Positions 1 to 12,002 are shown, numbered from the stretch's first letter. The stretch: DNA of 64,000 nt from Octopus vulgaris (GCA_951406725.2 OX597820.1:11036001-11100000); one strand, 5' to 3'. Translations and numbers: made by a program. Notes: generated by a model from the letters alone, not told the origin.

Positions 1-2287
1 TTCGTTTATTGATAAGAAAGATTTGTATTATTCACAGAAAAGACATTTAATTGCTTCTGAGTCAAGCTCTTAGCAACGTCGCTGCTTAGCTAGCAGTTAC
101 AATCGTACTTGGGAAGAAGAGGACAGAATTTTCAGTTTGGTCAATAGAGAAAAGATTTTCTAGGTTCATACTTTAAATACACTGTATGGAAAAAAATGAA
201 CATTTCAAGTTGTGCATCAAGGATCGACTGAGCTCTTAAACAAACACGGACACGCGCACACATGCAGACACTACATACATACATACATACATGCATACAT
301 ACATACATACATATATACATAGTTCCATGCGTTGGCTCTTATCAAAGGTTTTATATATATATATATAGTAGGGTCAGTTGGGCACCGTCTGTGAGAAAAG
401 CAGCAATTCACTCTGCTAGAAATTTGGAAACGACATGCTGCGCTGTTTGGCACAATCAAATTCAAACAACGCGCATGCGCGAAATTGGGGAACACATACG
501 CCATAGAAACCGGGAAGCCGGGCCCATGAGCCTAGCTAGGCTTTAAAGGGGCGCATTTATTATTCTACATTTATATCTATATTACCTTTGTATTTCGATG
601 AGGATGCGATGCTTCGTTTGTAAATATATATATATATATAATGAATGTGTTTTATGTCAGGTTGTATAAAAAACCTATTTAACATAAATTGCTCAATACA
701 TTTAAGTAGAGTACATGCTTATTAAAGTTTTTACAAGGACAGGAGTGATAGTGACTTCGCAGTCTCGTCCTGCTATCTTTCATCGGATAGTCCGACGTAG
801 GTCAGCTGGCCGAATCGTCGGAGTCAGTCTCATCCCTCTTCTTGTAAAATTTTGATAAATGAGTAAATACATACACTCACACACATGCAAACAAGAGCCC
901 CCTTGTGTTTGTGTAATTAAAACCAACAATAATATACGTGTACACACTCATACATGTATATGTGCTATATGCACATGTGTGTGTGCGTTTACTGTCTTTC
1001 TAATTTTTTAATTCTTCCTATAAAATTAGATGTTTACTAACAGAGAAATAAAATTCTATCACCGGAATTTTAGATAATAAAAATAAAGTAAATAAATGAA
1101 TGATAAAGTTACATGTTGAATTTAAGGTAATGTTGTTCCGATATCAGATTGAACTGACAGAGAGCATGTTAACTAGAACATTTTGATGACCCGAAAAATC
1201 GAGAATGTCGAGATCTTTACTTAATCACTTAGTAACATAACGAAGTGTATAAATGATCGTGGATGCATATCTACATTATTACCAATGTACACACACACAC
1301 ACACACACACACAGTACACTCGCATGTAAGATAAATTTCTTCACTTATAGATCTTTATATGATCATACCAAATTGTTGTATATGTACATATATATATGTG
1401 TATGTGAGTATAAATACATACGTTTATATGAATACAAAAATTGAGACACACACACGTGTGTGTGTGTGTATGTGTGTGTGAATGTGTGTGCGCGCACAAA
1501 ATGTCTGCAAAGTATATACTATGTATGTACCTCATCATCAAAGTTAATGACTTAACCTGAAGTAAGTTATGAAACAACTGTAACCAAACGGAAATATCAA
1601 ATCTTCTTTTGCTTTTCATGTTTCTTGCTCCTTTCCTCTTTTGCTTATTATATACTCCACTATGAAGGAATACTGCTCTGTTTCTCCCAGATTTTCAATG
1701 CATAGTTATCTTAAATTATGTCGTAATTTCATTGATGTGTGATATGATAGCCAGTTCCTCAGCCAGAATGGTTACCGTGATTTTTCCGAATCTGGCAAAG
1801 TGGCAGAACCGTTAGCATAACGAACAAAATGCTTAGCTCAATTTCGTCCTTGTTTACGATCTGTACCGTTCATCATTTAAGGGTCGATAAAATAAGTACC
1901 AGATGAACACTGGGGTCGATGTAGTCGACTTACTCCCCTCCTGGTGAGTGCTCAACACCGAGTTCATGGATAAAGATGCTTTATTTCTGTATTAAGGCTA
2001 CCATTTGTTTCATGTTAAGGAAGTACCTTAATATTTCAACAATTTTTCAAGCCGATAACACGGAGGAATGATTTTTGCTTCCATTTTGAAGTGAGAGTGT
2101 GTGTGTGCGCGCGCCTGTGTGTGTATGTGTGTGTGTGTGTGTGTGCGCGCGCGCGTGTTTGTGTGTGTGTGAAAGTAAGTACTTAAGTAATTATTAACTC
2201 ATATTTGCAGACTGTTATCAACATGTAAAATTTGAGATTTGAAGCTGTGTTCGTCAAGCGATTTGGTCGGCCCCGAATATATATATA

Positions 2288-2800
2288 CTAGCAGTATCGC
2301 CCGGCGTTGCTCGGGTTTGTAAGGGAAATAACTATATAAGCATTTTTAGAGAGTTACTTCCCTTATAGATGCCAATTCGGGCTTTCTTAGCCATTTCTGT
2401 TTTGGTGTCTTCAAGCCATGAAGTCGTTGTTCTAAAAGAACGCTGGTCTCCTTGACAACGCTTTACGACGTTGATTTCCTTACACTCCCTTCCCCACAGC
2501 TTCACGAGGGAGGGAAGAAGGGTGAGAGGCAAACAGGTGCAGGTGTGACCATGGAAGCCAACTCCGCCGCTATCGACACACGAAAAATTATGCATTAAAA
2601 TGGAATAAAAAATGATGTTAAATTATTTTTAAAATCGTAGACTCATCGTAGACGCGCGCTAATACTCAGACGGGCTCGATATGAATCACGACTATAAGAT
2701 ACCCGAATTTGGTTAAACTGCACCGCAAAATGTGGGAGTAGTTAGGAATCTAAATCGAAGGAGGCAGACACTCACACAACTACAGTTTTATATATATAGA
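2288..2800 (-). mobile_element. Non-autonomous Helitron
   Basis: The minus strand starts TCTATATATA and ends with a GC hairpin (CCCGAGCAACGCCGGG) followed by CTAG. It sits between A and T with no TSD. Confidence 0.8.
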
Positions 2801-3741
2801 TATCCAATCTTAAAAATATACCTGTTTTTAGAAATAACTTTACTTCAGCCAAGTTTAACACAATCAAATATATATTAGGCTAATTTAACTTCAGCGAAGA
2901 GATAAATAGCACAATATTATCTTCGCGAATTATTATTTATGGCTGAATAATCTCTCTTTATGTCAGCTATTCTGCCATGAAATCCCTGATGAGGTGGAAA
3001 TTAGCTTATTTATAGACAAAAATAGGATGAGGCGGATAACTGTACATTCAAAAATTTTGATGTAATTTTATACATAAATTCTATACGTTAATCGCATCCT
3101 TTTAACTTTTATCATTTACTTCTTTATAGCAACTGGACTGCGGCCATGATGGAGCACCGTCTTGAAAGGAGTTTTGGTGGAACAAATTCACACCAGTACT
3201 TCTAAGTCAGATGCTTATTCTATCGGTCTTTTCTGCCGAACCCCTACGTTACAGAGACGAGAAGAAACCAAGTGGTGGTGGTGGTGGTGGCGGCGGTGGT
3301 GATGGTGATGGTGGTGGTGATGATGGGGGGGGGGTGATGGGGTGATGACAATCCCAGACACAAAGACACACACACACACACTCATAGACATTTATTTAAT
3401 TCACTCACAAGTCATGGTAGGCCCAGGGTAGTCTCTCGCCCAAGCTGCGGCGCCAGGGGACGGAAACTGGAACTACGTGGTTAAAAGTGAGCTTCTTAAC
3501 CACAAACCATTCCTGGTCACATTCATTACTGTGACGTTATCTAAGTAAACTAAATGTTGTCGGCATGGCAACGAATGAATCTTTGACTAATTATTATGGC
3601 AGTCGCTTGCAGGAATCCGTTATATTACAACATACAATTGCCAAGTGGAATAAACTGGATTGCAATGAGGAAGATACCGAATAAACACATAGCTATCTCC
3701 AATTCGATTTTCGTGCCTATCTTCACGTATTGTGAAGAATA

Positions 3742-4148
3742 GGCGCAGGAGTGGCTGTGTGGTAAGTAGCTTGCTTACCAACCTCATGGTTTCGGGTTCT
3801 GTCACACTGCGTGGCACCTTAGGCAAGTGTCTTCTACTAGAGCCTCGGGCCGACCAAAGTCTTGTGAGTGGGTTTGGTAGGTGGAAACTGAAAGAAGACC
3901 GTCGTATATATGTACATATATGTATGTATGTGTGTGTTTGTTTGTCTGTGTTTGTCTCCCCAACATCGCTTGACAACCGATGGTGGTGTGTTTACGTCCC
4001 CGTAACTTGGCTGTTCGGCAAAAGAGACCGATAGAATAAGTACTAGGCTTACAAAGAATAAGTCCTGGGGTCGATTTGCTCGGTTAAAAGCGGTGCTCCA
4101 GTATGGCCACAGTCAAATGACTGAAACAAGTAAAAGAGTAAAAGAGTA
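3742..4148 (+). mobile_element. tRNA-derived SINE, family A (full length)
   Basis: A-box TGGCTGTGTGGT and B-box-like GGTTC, a CORE-like CCTTRGGCAAG segment, an internal microsatellite, and tail GGTGCTCCAG..TGACTGAAACAAGT(AAAAGAGT)n. More than 15 homologous copies lie in the window. Confidence 0.85.
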
Positions 4149-4159
4149 ATGTTTGTTAA

Positions 4160-4751
4160 TCCCTTCTACAATAGGCACAAGACCTGAAATTTTGGGCGAG
4201 GTGGGGGACAGTCGATTAGATCGATCCCAGTACGCAACTGGTACTTAATTTATCGATCCTGAACGGATGAAAGGCAAAGTCAACCTCGACGAAATTTGAA
4301 CTCAGAACGTAAAGACAAACGAAATGCTGCTAAGCAATTCGCCCGGCGTGCTAACGATTCTTATTTCTTTATTGCCCACAAGGGGCTAAACATAGAGGGG
4401 ACAAACAAGGACAAAGGGATTAAGTCGATTACATCGACCCCAGTGCGTAACTGGTACTTAGTTTATCGACCCCAAAAGGATGAAAGGCAAAGTCGACCTC
4501 GGCGAAATTTGAACTCAGAACGTAACGGCAGACGAAATATCTATTTAGATTTCTTTACTACCCACAAGGACAGGCAAACGGATTAAGTCGATTATTTCGA
4601 CCCTAGTGCGTAACTGGTACTTATTTAATCGACCCCGAAAGGATGAAAGGCAAAGTCGACCTCGGCGGAATTTGAACTCAGAACGTAACGGCAGACGAAA
4701 TACGGCTACGCATTTCGCCCGGCGTGCTAACGGTTCTGCCGGCTCGCCTCC
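4160..4751 (-). mobile_element. SINE family B (MetaSINE-like), concatemeric copy
   Basis: Head GGCGAGCYGGCAGAA and central TTGCCTTTCATCCTTTCGGGGTCGAT..AAGTACCAG (Meta-domain-like), repeated about 3 times in tandem. Confidence 0.8.
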
Positions 4752-4756
4752 TTGAA

Positions 4757-5045
4757 GAATGGTTATTGACGAAAGAATACGAATACAAATGCAAGTGACC
4801 GAAATGGGATTCCTCGGATGGACCTCGAGAGTAACGTTACTCAACAGGGTGCGTAAATCAGAGATCAGAGCGTCTCTGCAAGTCGTGCCTCTGCTTCTCC
4901 GCATTGACAGGTTACATCTCCGGTGTGATGGGCATTTGATTAGAATGTCGCAGGAAAGGATCACAATATGAATCCTTGAAGCCGAGCTGACCGTCACAAG
5001 ACCTAACGGTTGACGATATCCTTAGTCTCACTTGGTCACGCTTTC
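4757..5045 (+). pseudogene. RTE-clade LINE ORF2 C-terminal fragment
   Basis: Peptide MQVTEMGFLGWTSRVTLLNRVRKSEIRASLQVVPLLLRIDRLHLRCDGHLIRM matches the RTE pattern AEM.FLR..GVT.LDRVR..IR..L.V.PLL..IE...LRW.GH..RM. Confidence 0.75.
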
Positions 5046-5218
5046 CACCACCCCCTAGTTTCACTTATTGAACTACGGCCATGCTAATCCACCGCCAGGA
5101 AGGGTCTTGTCAAACAAATCAAGCCATAACACTTTGTTTTAAAAGTCTGGTACTTATTATATCGGTCTGTTTTACCGAACTGCTACGTGTAAGGGGGCAA
5201 GCAAAAATACAATAATAT

Positions 5219-5405
5219 ACATGCATACATACATACATACATACATAATACATACATACATACATACATATATACATACATGCATGCATACATACATACA
5301 TACATACATACATACATACATACATACATACATACATACATACATACATACATACATACATACATGCATGCTTACATACATGCATACATACTCACATACA
5401 TACAT
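5219..5405. repeat. (CATA)n microsatellite
   Basis: Direct reading of the sequence. Confidence 0.95.
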
Positions 5406-5615
5406 AAAAACCAGAAAGAAGAAAGCCAATTCGAAAACTACAGATCCAATCCATCACTGGAACTGTAAAAATCTGTAAAACTTTCCGGAAGTTTATCATT
5501 TAAATAAATAAATGACCATGTCTAGATATGCAATTATATGCATGAGAATAAATACATAAAACAAAACATACAAATCTGCAGACATACATACATATATACA
5601 TGCATATATACTTAC
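5406..5615 (+). mobile_element. 5'-truncated 3' end of an RLE-type non-LTR element (copy 1)
   Basis: Homologous to 5910-6130, covering the last codons GTVKI.KTF.KFII* and the 3' UTR. Embedded in (CATA)n. Confidence 0.7.
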
Positions 5616-5619
5616 ATAC

Positions 5620-6130
5620 AAAAAGGAATACTGGTGGAATGTACTAGTGAAGACCTCAATAAAATGTAAGCACAACAGACCTGATATAATGATTTGAAAT
5701 AGAAAAGAGAAACTGTGCACAGATGTGGAAATTAGCTGCCCAGTGGATGTTAACATAAAGCTGAAGATCAGTGAAAAAGAGAACACCTATGATGAAGTAT
5801 TGAGAAATCTGCAGTTACTCTATCCAGATTACAAGTTCAGGTTTATACCTGTAATTATTTGGGATATGTAACACACTGCCTAAATACCAATCTTGAGAAA
5901 TTAGGCTACTCAAAACCAGAAAGGAGAAAGATGATTCGAAGACTACAGATCCGATCCATTACTGGAACTGTAAAAATCTGGAAAACTTTCCAGAAGTTTA
6001 TCATTTAAATATATATGAGCAGGTCTAGATATGCAAATATATGAGCATGTAGATATGTAAGTATATGCATGAAAATACACACATAAAGCAAAACATACAA
6101 ATCTGCACATATACATACATACTTACATAC
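5620..6130 (+). mobile_element. R4/Dong-like non-LTR retrotransposon 3' end with restriction-like endonuclease remnant
   Basis: Manual translation KEYWWNVLVKTSIKCKHNRPDIMI*NRKEKLCTDVEISCPVDVNIKLKISEKENTY..FIPVII contains the RPD..E..P..K..KY PD-(D/E)xK RLE signature. It has a stop and a frameshift. Confidence 0.75.
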
Positions 6131-6199
6131 GTACATATATACATATGCCTTCACACATGCATACATACACAAACATACACACACACACACACACACATA

Positions 6200-6277
<78 letters not shown>

Positions 6278-7031
6278 TATATACTAAGGCCTTCCATAGA
6301 GTTTCTTTCGACCAAATTCACACTCAAGTCTGTGGTCGGCCCAAGGTTAAAGTAGAAGAATGCTTCGCATTGGGACCGAACTCGAAATCACGTGGTTGTA
6401 AAGCGATCTTCTTAACCATGCAGCCACGGTTAAGCCTACGTATAAAGCTTTTTTTCCTTGCCGCATGCACAAGAGATTTTTCATCCGACATTCATATATC
6501 ACAGGTCTTAAATCAAGAACACAATATACCAAAGCAACATTTCAGTTAAATATTTAGCTTTATATTGTCTGTGTCTTTACTATTCCTCTGTTTTACTGCC
6601 ATAACATTAACAGCTATCGATTTTAAGAGCTTTCACGACGGTGATATTATCACGTAAATCGGTGACCGAATGGCATTAGAGGCAAATTTCCGGGCCATGC
6701 TGGTTAATTAGGCACAGATCCAAATTTGGTATGCTCACGTGAAGAGGTTTTTAATGTTAATTCCCTTTCTAATTAATTTCAGTAATACCCTTGCTCACTT
6801 TCCTCTGTCAGATACCATTTATCAACCTAACCTATTCAACCAGATTGCAGAGATAAAGGATGCAGCTCGTTATGTTATACAGTCACTCATCATAAAAGTT
6901 TTCATAAACTTTTTATATAATAACTATGATTATTTAAGAGCATCTCTTCTTCTGTTCTATATTTAAGAGATTAGGAATTATTTACATTATTTACATTATT
7001 TACATTTGACGGATATTTGTCTTAATCTTAT

Positions 7032-8508
7032 TTATTGTTAACACAACGTTTCGGCTGATATACCCTCCAGCCTTCATCAGGTGTCTTGGGAAATTTTCGA
7101 ACCTGGGGTCTCATTCCTTTGTTGTTAACATAACGTTTCGGTTGATATACCCTCCAGCCTTCATCAGGTGTCTTGGGGAAATTTCAAACCTGGGTTCTCA
7201 TTCCTTTGTTGTTAACACAACGTTTCGGCTGATATATCCTCCAGCCTTCATCAGGTGTCTTGGGGAAATTTCGAACCTGGGTTCTCATTCCTTTGTTTTT
7301 AACACAACGTTTCGGTTGATATACCCTCCAGCCTTCATCAGGTGTCTTGGGGAAATTTCAAACCTGGGTTCTCATTCCTTTGTTATTAACACAACGTTTC
7401 GGTTGATATACCCTCCAGCCTTCATCAGGTGTCTTGGGGAAATTTCAAACCTGGGTTCTCATTCCTTTGTTTTTAACACAACGTTTCAGTTGATATACCC
7501 TCCAGCCTTCATCAGGTGTCTTGGGGAAATTTCAAACCTGGGTTCTCATTCCTTTGTTGTTAACACAACGTTTCAGTTGATATACCCTCCAGCCTTCATC
7601 AGGTGTCTTGGGGAAATTTCAAACCTGGGTTCTCATTCCTTTGTTGTTAACACAACGTTTCGGTTGATATACCCTCCAGCCTTCATCAGGTGTCTTGGGG
7701 AAATTTCAAACCTGGGTTCTCATTCCTTTGTTGTTAACAAAACGTTTCGGTTGATACACCCTCCAGCCTTCATCAGGTGTCTTGGGGAAATTTCAAACCT
7801 GGGTTCTCATTCCTTTGTTATTAACACAACGTTTCGGTTGATATACCCTCCAGCCTTCATCAGGTGTCTTGGGGAAATTTCAAACCTGGTTCTCATTCCT
7901 TTGTTGTTAACAAAACGTTTCGGTTGATATACCCTCCAGCCTTCATCAGGTGTCTTGGGGAAATTTCAAACCTGGGTTCTCATTCCTTTGTTGTTAACAA
8001 AACGTTTCGGTTGATATACCCTCCAGCCTTCATCAGGTGTCTTGGGGAAATTTCAAACCTGGGTTCTCATTCCTTTGTTGTTAACAAAACGTTTCGGTTG
8101 ATATACCCTCCAGCCTTCATCAGGTGTCTTGGGGAAATTTCAAACCTGGTTTCTCATTCCTTTGTTATTAACACAACGTTTCGGATGATATACCCTCCAG
8201 CCTTCATCAGGTGTCTTGGGGAAATTTCAAACCTGGTTTCTCATTCCTTTGTTGTTAACAAAACGTTTCGGTTGATATACCCTCCAGCCTTCATCAGGTG
8301 TCTTGGGGAAATTTCAAACCTGGGTTCTCATTCCTTTGTTGTTAACACAACGTTTCGGTTGATATACCCTCCAGCCTTCATCAGGTGTCTTGGCGAAATT
8401 TCGAACCTGCTTTCCCATTCCTTTGTTGTTAACAAAACGTTTCGGCTGATACGCCCTCCAGCCTTCATCAGATTTCTTAGGGAAATTTCGAACCTGGGTT
8501 CTCATTCC
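7032..8508. repeat. 87-bp tandem repeat, 17 copies
   Basis: TCATCAG recurs at 7074, 7161, ... 7857, then 7943 (1-bp deletion), ... 8465. Units are near-identical. Confidence 0.97.
7040..7085 (-). ncRNA. Minimal type I hammerhead ribozyme (intact copy 1 of the array)
   Basis: Minus strand reads GACAC-CUGAUGA-A-GGCUG(gaggguauau)CAGCC-GAAACGUU^GUGUU. Stem I is GACAC/GUGUU, stem II is GGCUG/CAGCC, and stem III is the palindrome ACGU. Confidence 0.8.
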
Positions 8509-8512
8509 CCAA

Positions 8513-8558
8513 GACACCTGATGAAGGCTGGAGGGTATATCAGCCGAAACATTGTGTT
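8513..8558 (+). ncRNA. Inverted hammerhead copy (stem III mutated)
   Basis: GACAC CTGATGA A GGCTG..CAGCC GAAAC ATT GTGTT. A G-to-A change breaks the ACGU palindrome. Confidence 0.65.
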
Positions 8559-9290
8559 AACAACAAACAAGATGAGGACAAATATCCGTCAAATGTAAAT
8601 AATGTAACATCTTTTCTGTGCTCAATGTATCCGTAACGAAGTTCTCTACGGTCTCTGCATCTATGGCGTTGTACTTATTCTACCATAATTCTACCTCTTA
8701 CTAATTGAAGTGTGAAGATGCCTGGTCTTGTGGTTAAGGTGTTGCACTAACAGTCACAGAATCGTGGTTTCGATTCCCAGACCCGGTGGTGTATATTGTG
8801 TTCTTGGACATAAGTCATCATTTCACGCTGCTCCAGTCCACTCAGTCGTAACTGAATTCCATCAATAGCTGAGAAGTTAACCCGGCGACACACGGACAGG
8901 TGTTTTATTCAGGTTGTGAGAGTGTCGTAACATCAGTTATTTACACGATACAGAAAGCTTTATGAATCTTTGAGTTCATGACAGATCTTTGTTTGGGGTA
9001 ACTTATTTCCTATTGCCGAGAGAAGTCTCCACAGCCGGCCCAAACTAAAGTAGGCTTGCTTCAATTATTTTACACATAACATAACGTGCACATGATTAAG
9101 GGTGGGATGTGTATCGGGTTTTCTTGTTTTTTCCTCCAGTACGAATTCGTACCTATTTCCCATCTAATTATGCTGAAGAGTAAAGAGCTAATTTCTTTGC
9201 CCCCCGACAATATCAAACATCAATGCGTTGCATTCTAACTACAATGCATTCTGACTGCAATTGTGCATCACATATAACCTGATGTATAAG

Positions 9291-9627
9291 TGAAGGTCCA
9301 AGGCTCAGTGGTCAGAGCATCGGGCTCACAATCATGAGGTAATGAGTTCGATTCCCGGACCGAGCTGTGTGTTGTGTTCTTGAGCAAGACACTTTATTTC
9401 ACGTTGCTCCGTGAAATGAGTAGAAATGAGTTGCGATGTCACAGGTGCCAAGCTGTATCAGCCTTCGCCTTTCCCTTGGATAACACTGGTGGCGTGGAGA
9501 GGGGAGGCCGGTATGCATGGGCGGCTGCTGGTCTTCCATAAACAACCTTGCCTGGGAGGGAAACTTTTTAGGTGCAACCCCATGGTCAGTCATGACCTTA
9601 GGGTGTCAGTCATGACCTTAGGGTGTC
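9291..9627 (+). mobile_element. tRNA-derived SINE, family C
   Basis: GGCTCAGTGGTCAGAGC...GAGTTCGATTCC head and GTGTTCTTGAGCAAGACACTT central segment, with a 20-bp duplication at the 3' end. Related copies at about 8712-8990, 15610-15935, 43661-43995 and 63418-63520. Confidence 0.75.
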
Positions 9628-9879
9628 TTCTTCTTTCCAATATCGTAATACCTATTTTGAAGAAATTTTACTACAAAGAAATGTAATACTAAACAACGGG
9701 GCAAAACTGTTTAGTTCCTAGTATTTCTCTTTGAGCCTTTTAATCTAAAGTGTTACTGCCTTTGTGAAATATATAATCCTAAACAGCACAAAATTTAAAT
9801 CATTACCAAAGAACGGGTTTCATAATAACATCCTAACTCCTCCTCCCCAGACAAATATATTTGCGTGTCAGTATTCTTG

Positions 9880-10246
9880 TCAAGCGATGTTGGGGGAACA
9901 AACACAGACACACAAACACAGACACACATACATACATATGTACGTACGTACATACATGCATGCATGCATGCATGCATTCATACATGCATGCATGCATACA
10001 TACATACATACATACATACATACATACATACATACATACATACATACATACATACATACATACATACATACATACATACATACATGCATGCATGCATGAT
10101 GGGCTTCTTTCAGTTTCCGCCTACGAAATCCATTCACAAGGCTTTGGTTATAGTAGAAGGCACTTGCCCAAGGTGCCACGCAATGGGACTGAACCCGGAA
10201 CCATGTGGTTCGTAAGCAAACTACTTACCACCCAGCCACTCCTACG
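9880..10246 (-). mobile_element. SINE family A with expanded internal (CATA)n
   Basis: Reverse-complement match to 3742-3975. Confidence 0.8.
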
Positions 10247-11140
10247 TGTATGTATATAAAAATATAAAGAAACATATATACATTATAATGCGATACTTTA
10301 TAAACAGAGACTAGTAATAACCACATAATTTACTTGGATATTGCAACTTTTAAGATTTCGAAGTCCTTCAAAGTCTTGTCCAATATTTCCTTCAATTTTT
10401 CCCTTATTTAATGGCAGGAAAGAACAGCCATTAAGTTGATAATAATGGCTAACTAAGACTTGAAAATTACTGGACCAATAAAATAGATATAGTCTACTAT
10501 TTTATAGTTTATGATTAACCTCGTTATTACATCCCATTTCGCCTCTTTATTACGTTTATTTGGTTATGCAATTAGTGGCTTACTCCTGACTCTTGAAACG
10601 AAATATTTGGATATTGGTGTATCCACTGAAAGAGTAGTTTTGTGGTTGTACTGTGAAAACGCTCGCTTTACAAGCATGTGGTTTCGGGTTCCACTCCACT
10701 CTGCTGCACTTTGGGGTGAATGTATCTTATAATAGCCCTGAGCCGACTTTGGTGCTTTGCGGATGATTTTGGTTGACCGAAAAATGTGTTTCACTGACTC
10801 GCATAAATATATATGTATGTGTGTGTGTGTGTGTGTTTGTTGTGTGTGTGTGTGTGTTTGTGTGTGAGTGTGTGTGTGTGTGTGTATTAAAGGCGGAGGC
10901 GTAGATGTGTGCTAAGCTTGCTTCTAGACCACATGGTTCCTGGTTCAGTCTCACTGCGTGGCATTTCAGACAAAAGTCTTTTACTATAGCCCTGAGCCAA
11001 CCAAAGTCTTATCAGTGGATTTGGTAGACGGAAACTGAAAGAAGCTCGTCGTATATATATATGTGTGTGTGAATGTGTGTGTGTGTGTGTATAGATATCG
11101 CGAGATTGGTTCCTGACTAAAAGTTGTTATTGGGTACAAT

Positions 11141-11520
11141 AGTTAGTTAGTTAGTTAGTTAATTTGGCTCGAAAGCAAATAGCAAGGCCATGTAGGGGGA
11201 CATGGAATTAAGTACAGGGTGGTGTTCATGTAAAGAGTTCAGGCCACTTGAGGTCCAGGGAGGCTTTGAACAAAGCGGTCGTCGGCATCCTCACCATCTC
11301 TTCTGGCAGCTTGTTCCACGGATCCGCAACCCGGACGAAGAAAGCTCCTCTCCTTCGATTGAGATGAAATCGTCGCAGGTAGAGCTTTTCGGAATGACCC
11401 CGCAGCCGACGCTCTGGAGCAGGAGTGAAGAACAGCTCTTTCGAGAGGTTACACTTTCCGCTTATGATGTTGTGGGCGAGAATGAGATCACCACGGCGGC
11501 GGCAGCAATCCCTCGCCATA
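11141..11520 (-). mobile_element. CR1-clade LINE 3' end, 5'-truncated
   Basis: Peptide LRGHSEKL..RRGAFFVRVADPWNKLPEEMV..FKASLD matches the CR1/L2 ORF2 C-terminus. A short 3' UTR and a (TAAC)n tail at 11141-11162 follow. Confidence 0.85.
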
Positions 11521-11586
11521 TCGCGGTTCCCCTATCTCAGTTCCCCTATCACAGCTTATTATCTAAGCATATACTCTCTCTTTCTC

Positions 11587-12002
11587 TCTCTTTTACTCTT
11601 TACTCTCTTTTACTTGTTTCAGTCATTTGACTGCGGCCATGCTGGAGCACCGCATTTAATCGAGCAACTCGACCCCGGGACTTATTCTTTTGTAAGCCCA
11701 GTACTTATTCTATCGGTCTCTTTTTGCCAAACCGCTAAGTAACGGGGACGTAAATACACCAGCATCGGTTGTCAAGCAATGCTAGGGGGACAAACACAGA
11801 CACACAAATACACAAACGCCTATATATATATATATATACGACGGGCTTCTTTCAGTTTCCGTCTACCAAATCCACTCACAAGGCTTTGGTCGGCCCGAGG
11901 CTATAATAGAAGACACTTGCCCAAGGTACAACGCAGTGGGACTGAACCCGGAACCATGTGGTTGGTAAACAAGCTACTTACCACACAGCCACTCCTGCGC
12001 CT
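11587..12002 (-). mobile_element. SINE family A (full length)
   Basis: Reverse-complement match to 3742-4148. Confidence 0.85.

Larger units (their letters stand above)
6954..8607 (-). mobile_element. Hammerhead-bearing PLE-like/retrozyme-like element with internal 87-bp tandem array and inverted terminal copy
   Basis: The left end matches an independent copy at 63848-63958. 8506-8607 is the reverse complement of about 6991-7092. Confidence 0.75.

Noticed and set aside
791-822. TCCGACGTAGGTCAGCTGGCCGAATCGTCGGA hammerhead relic
   Set aside because: It needs several core changes and cannot be told apart from a chance hairpin.
2975-3005. CTGATGAGGTGGAAA as a hammerhead
   Set aside because: No stem II or stem I pairing.
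7032-8508. CRISPR array
   Set aside because: There are no unique spacers and no cas genes, and the context is eukaryotic.
7142-8598. 261-aa and 244-aa ORFs of 29-aa repeats as a protein gene
   Set aside because: They stay open only because the unit is 87 bp (a multiple of 3) with no stop in one frame. They have non-ATG starts and a frameshift near 7888, and the meaningful structure is on the opposite strand.
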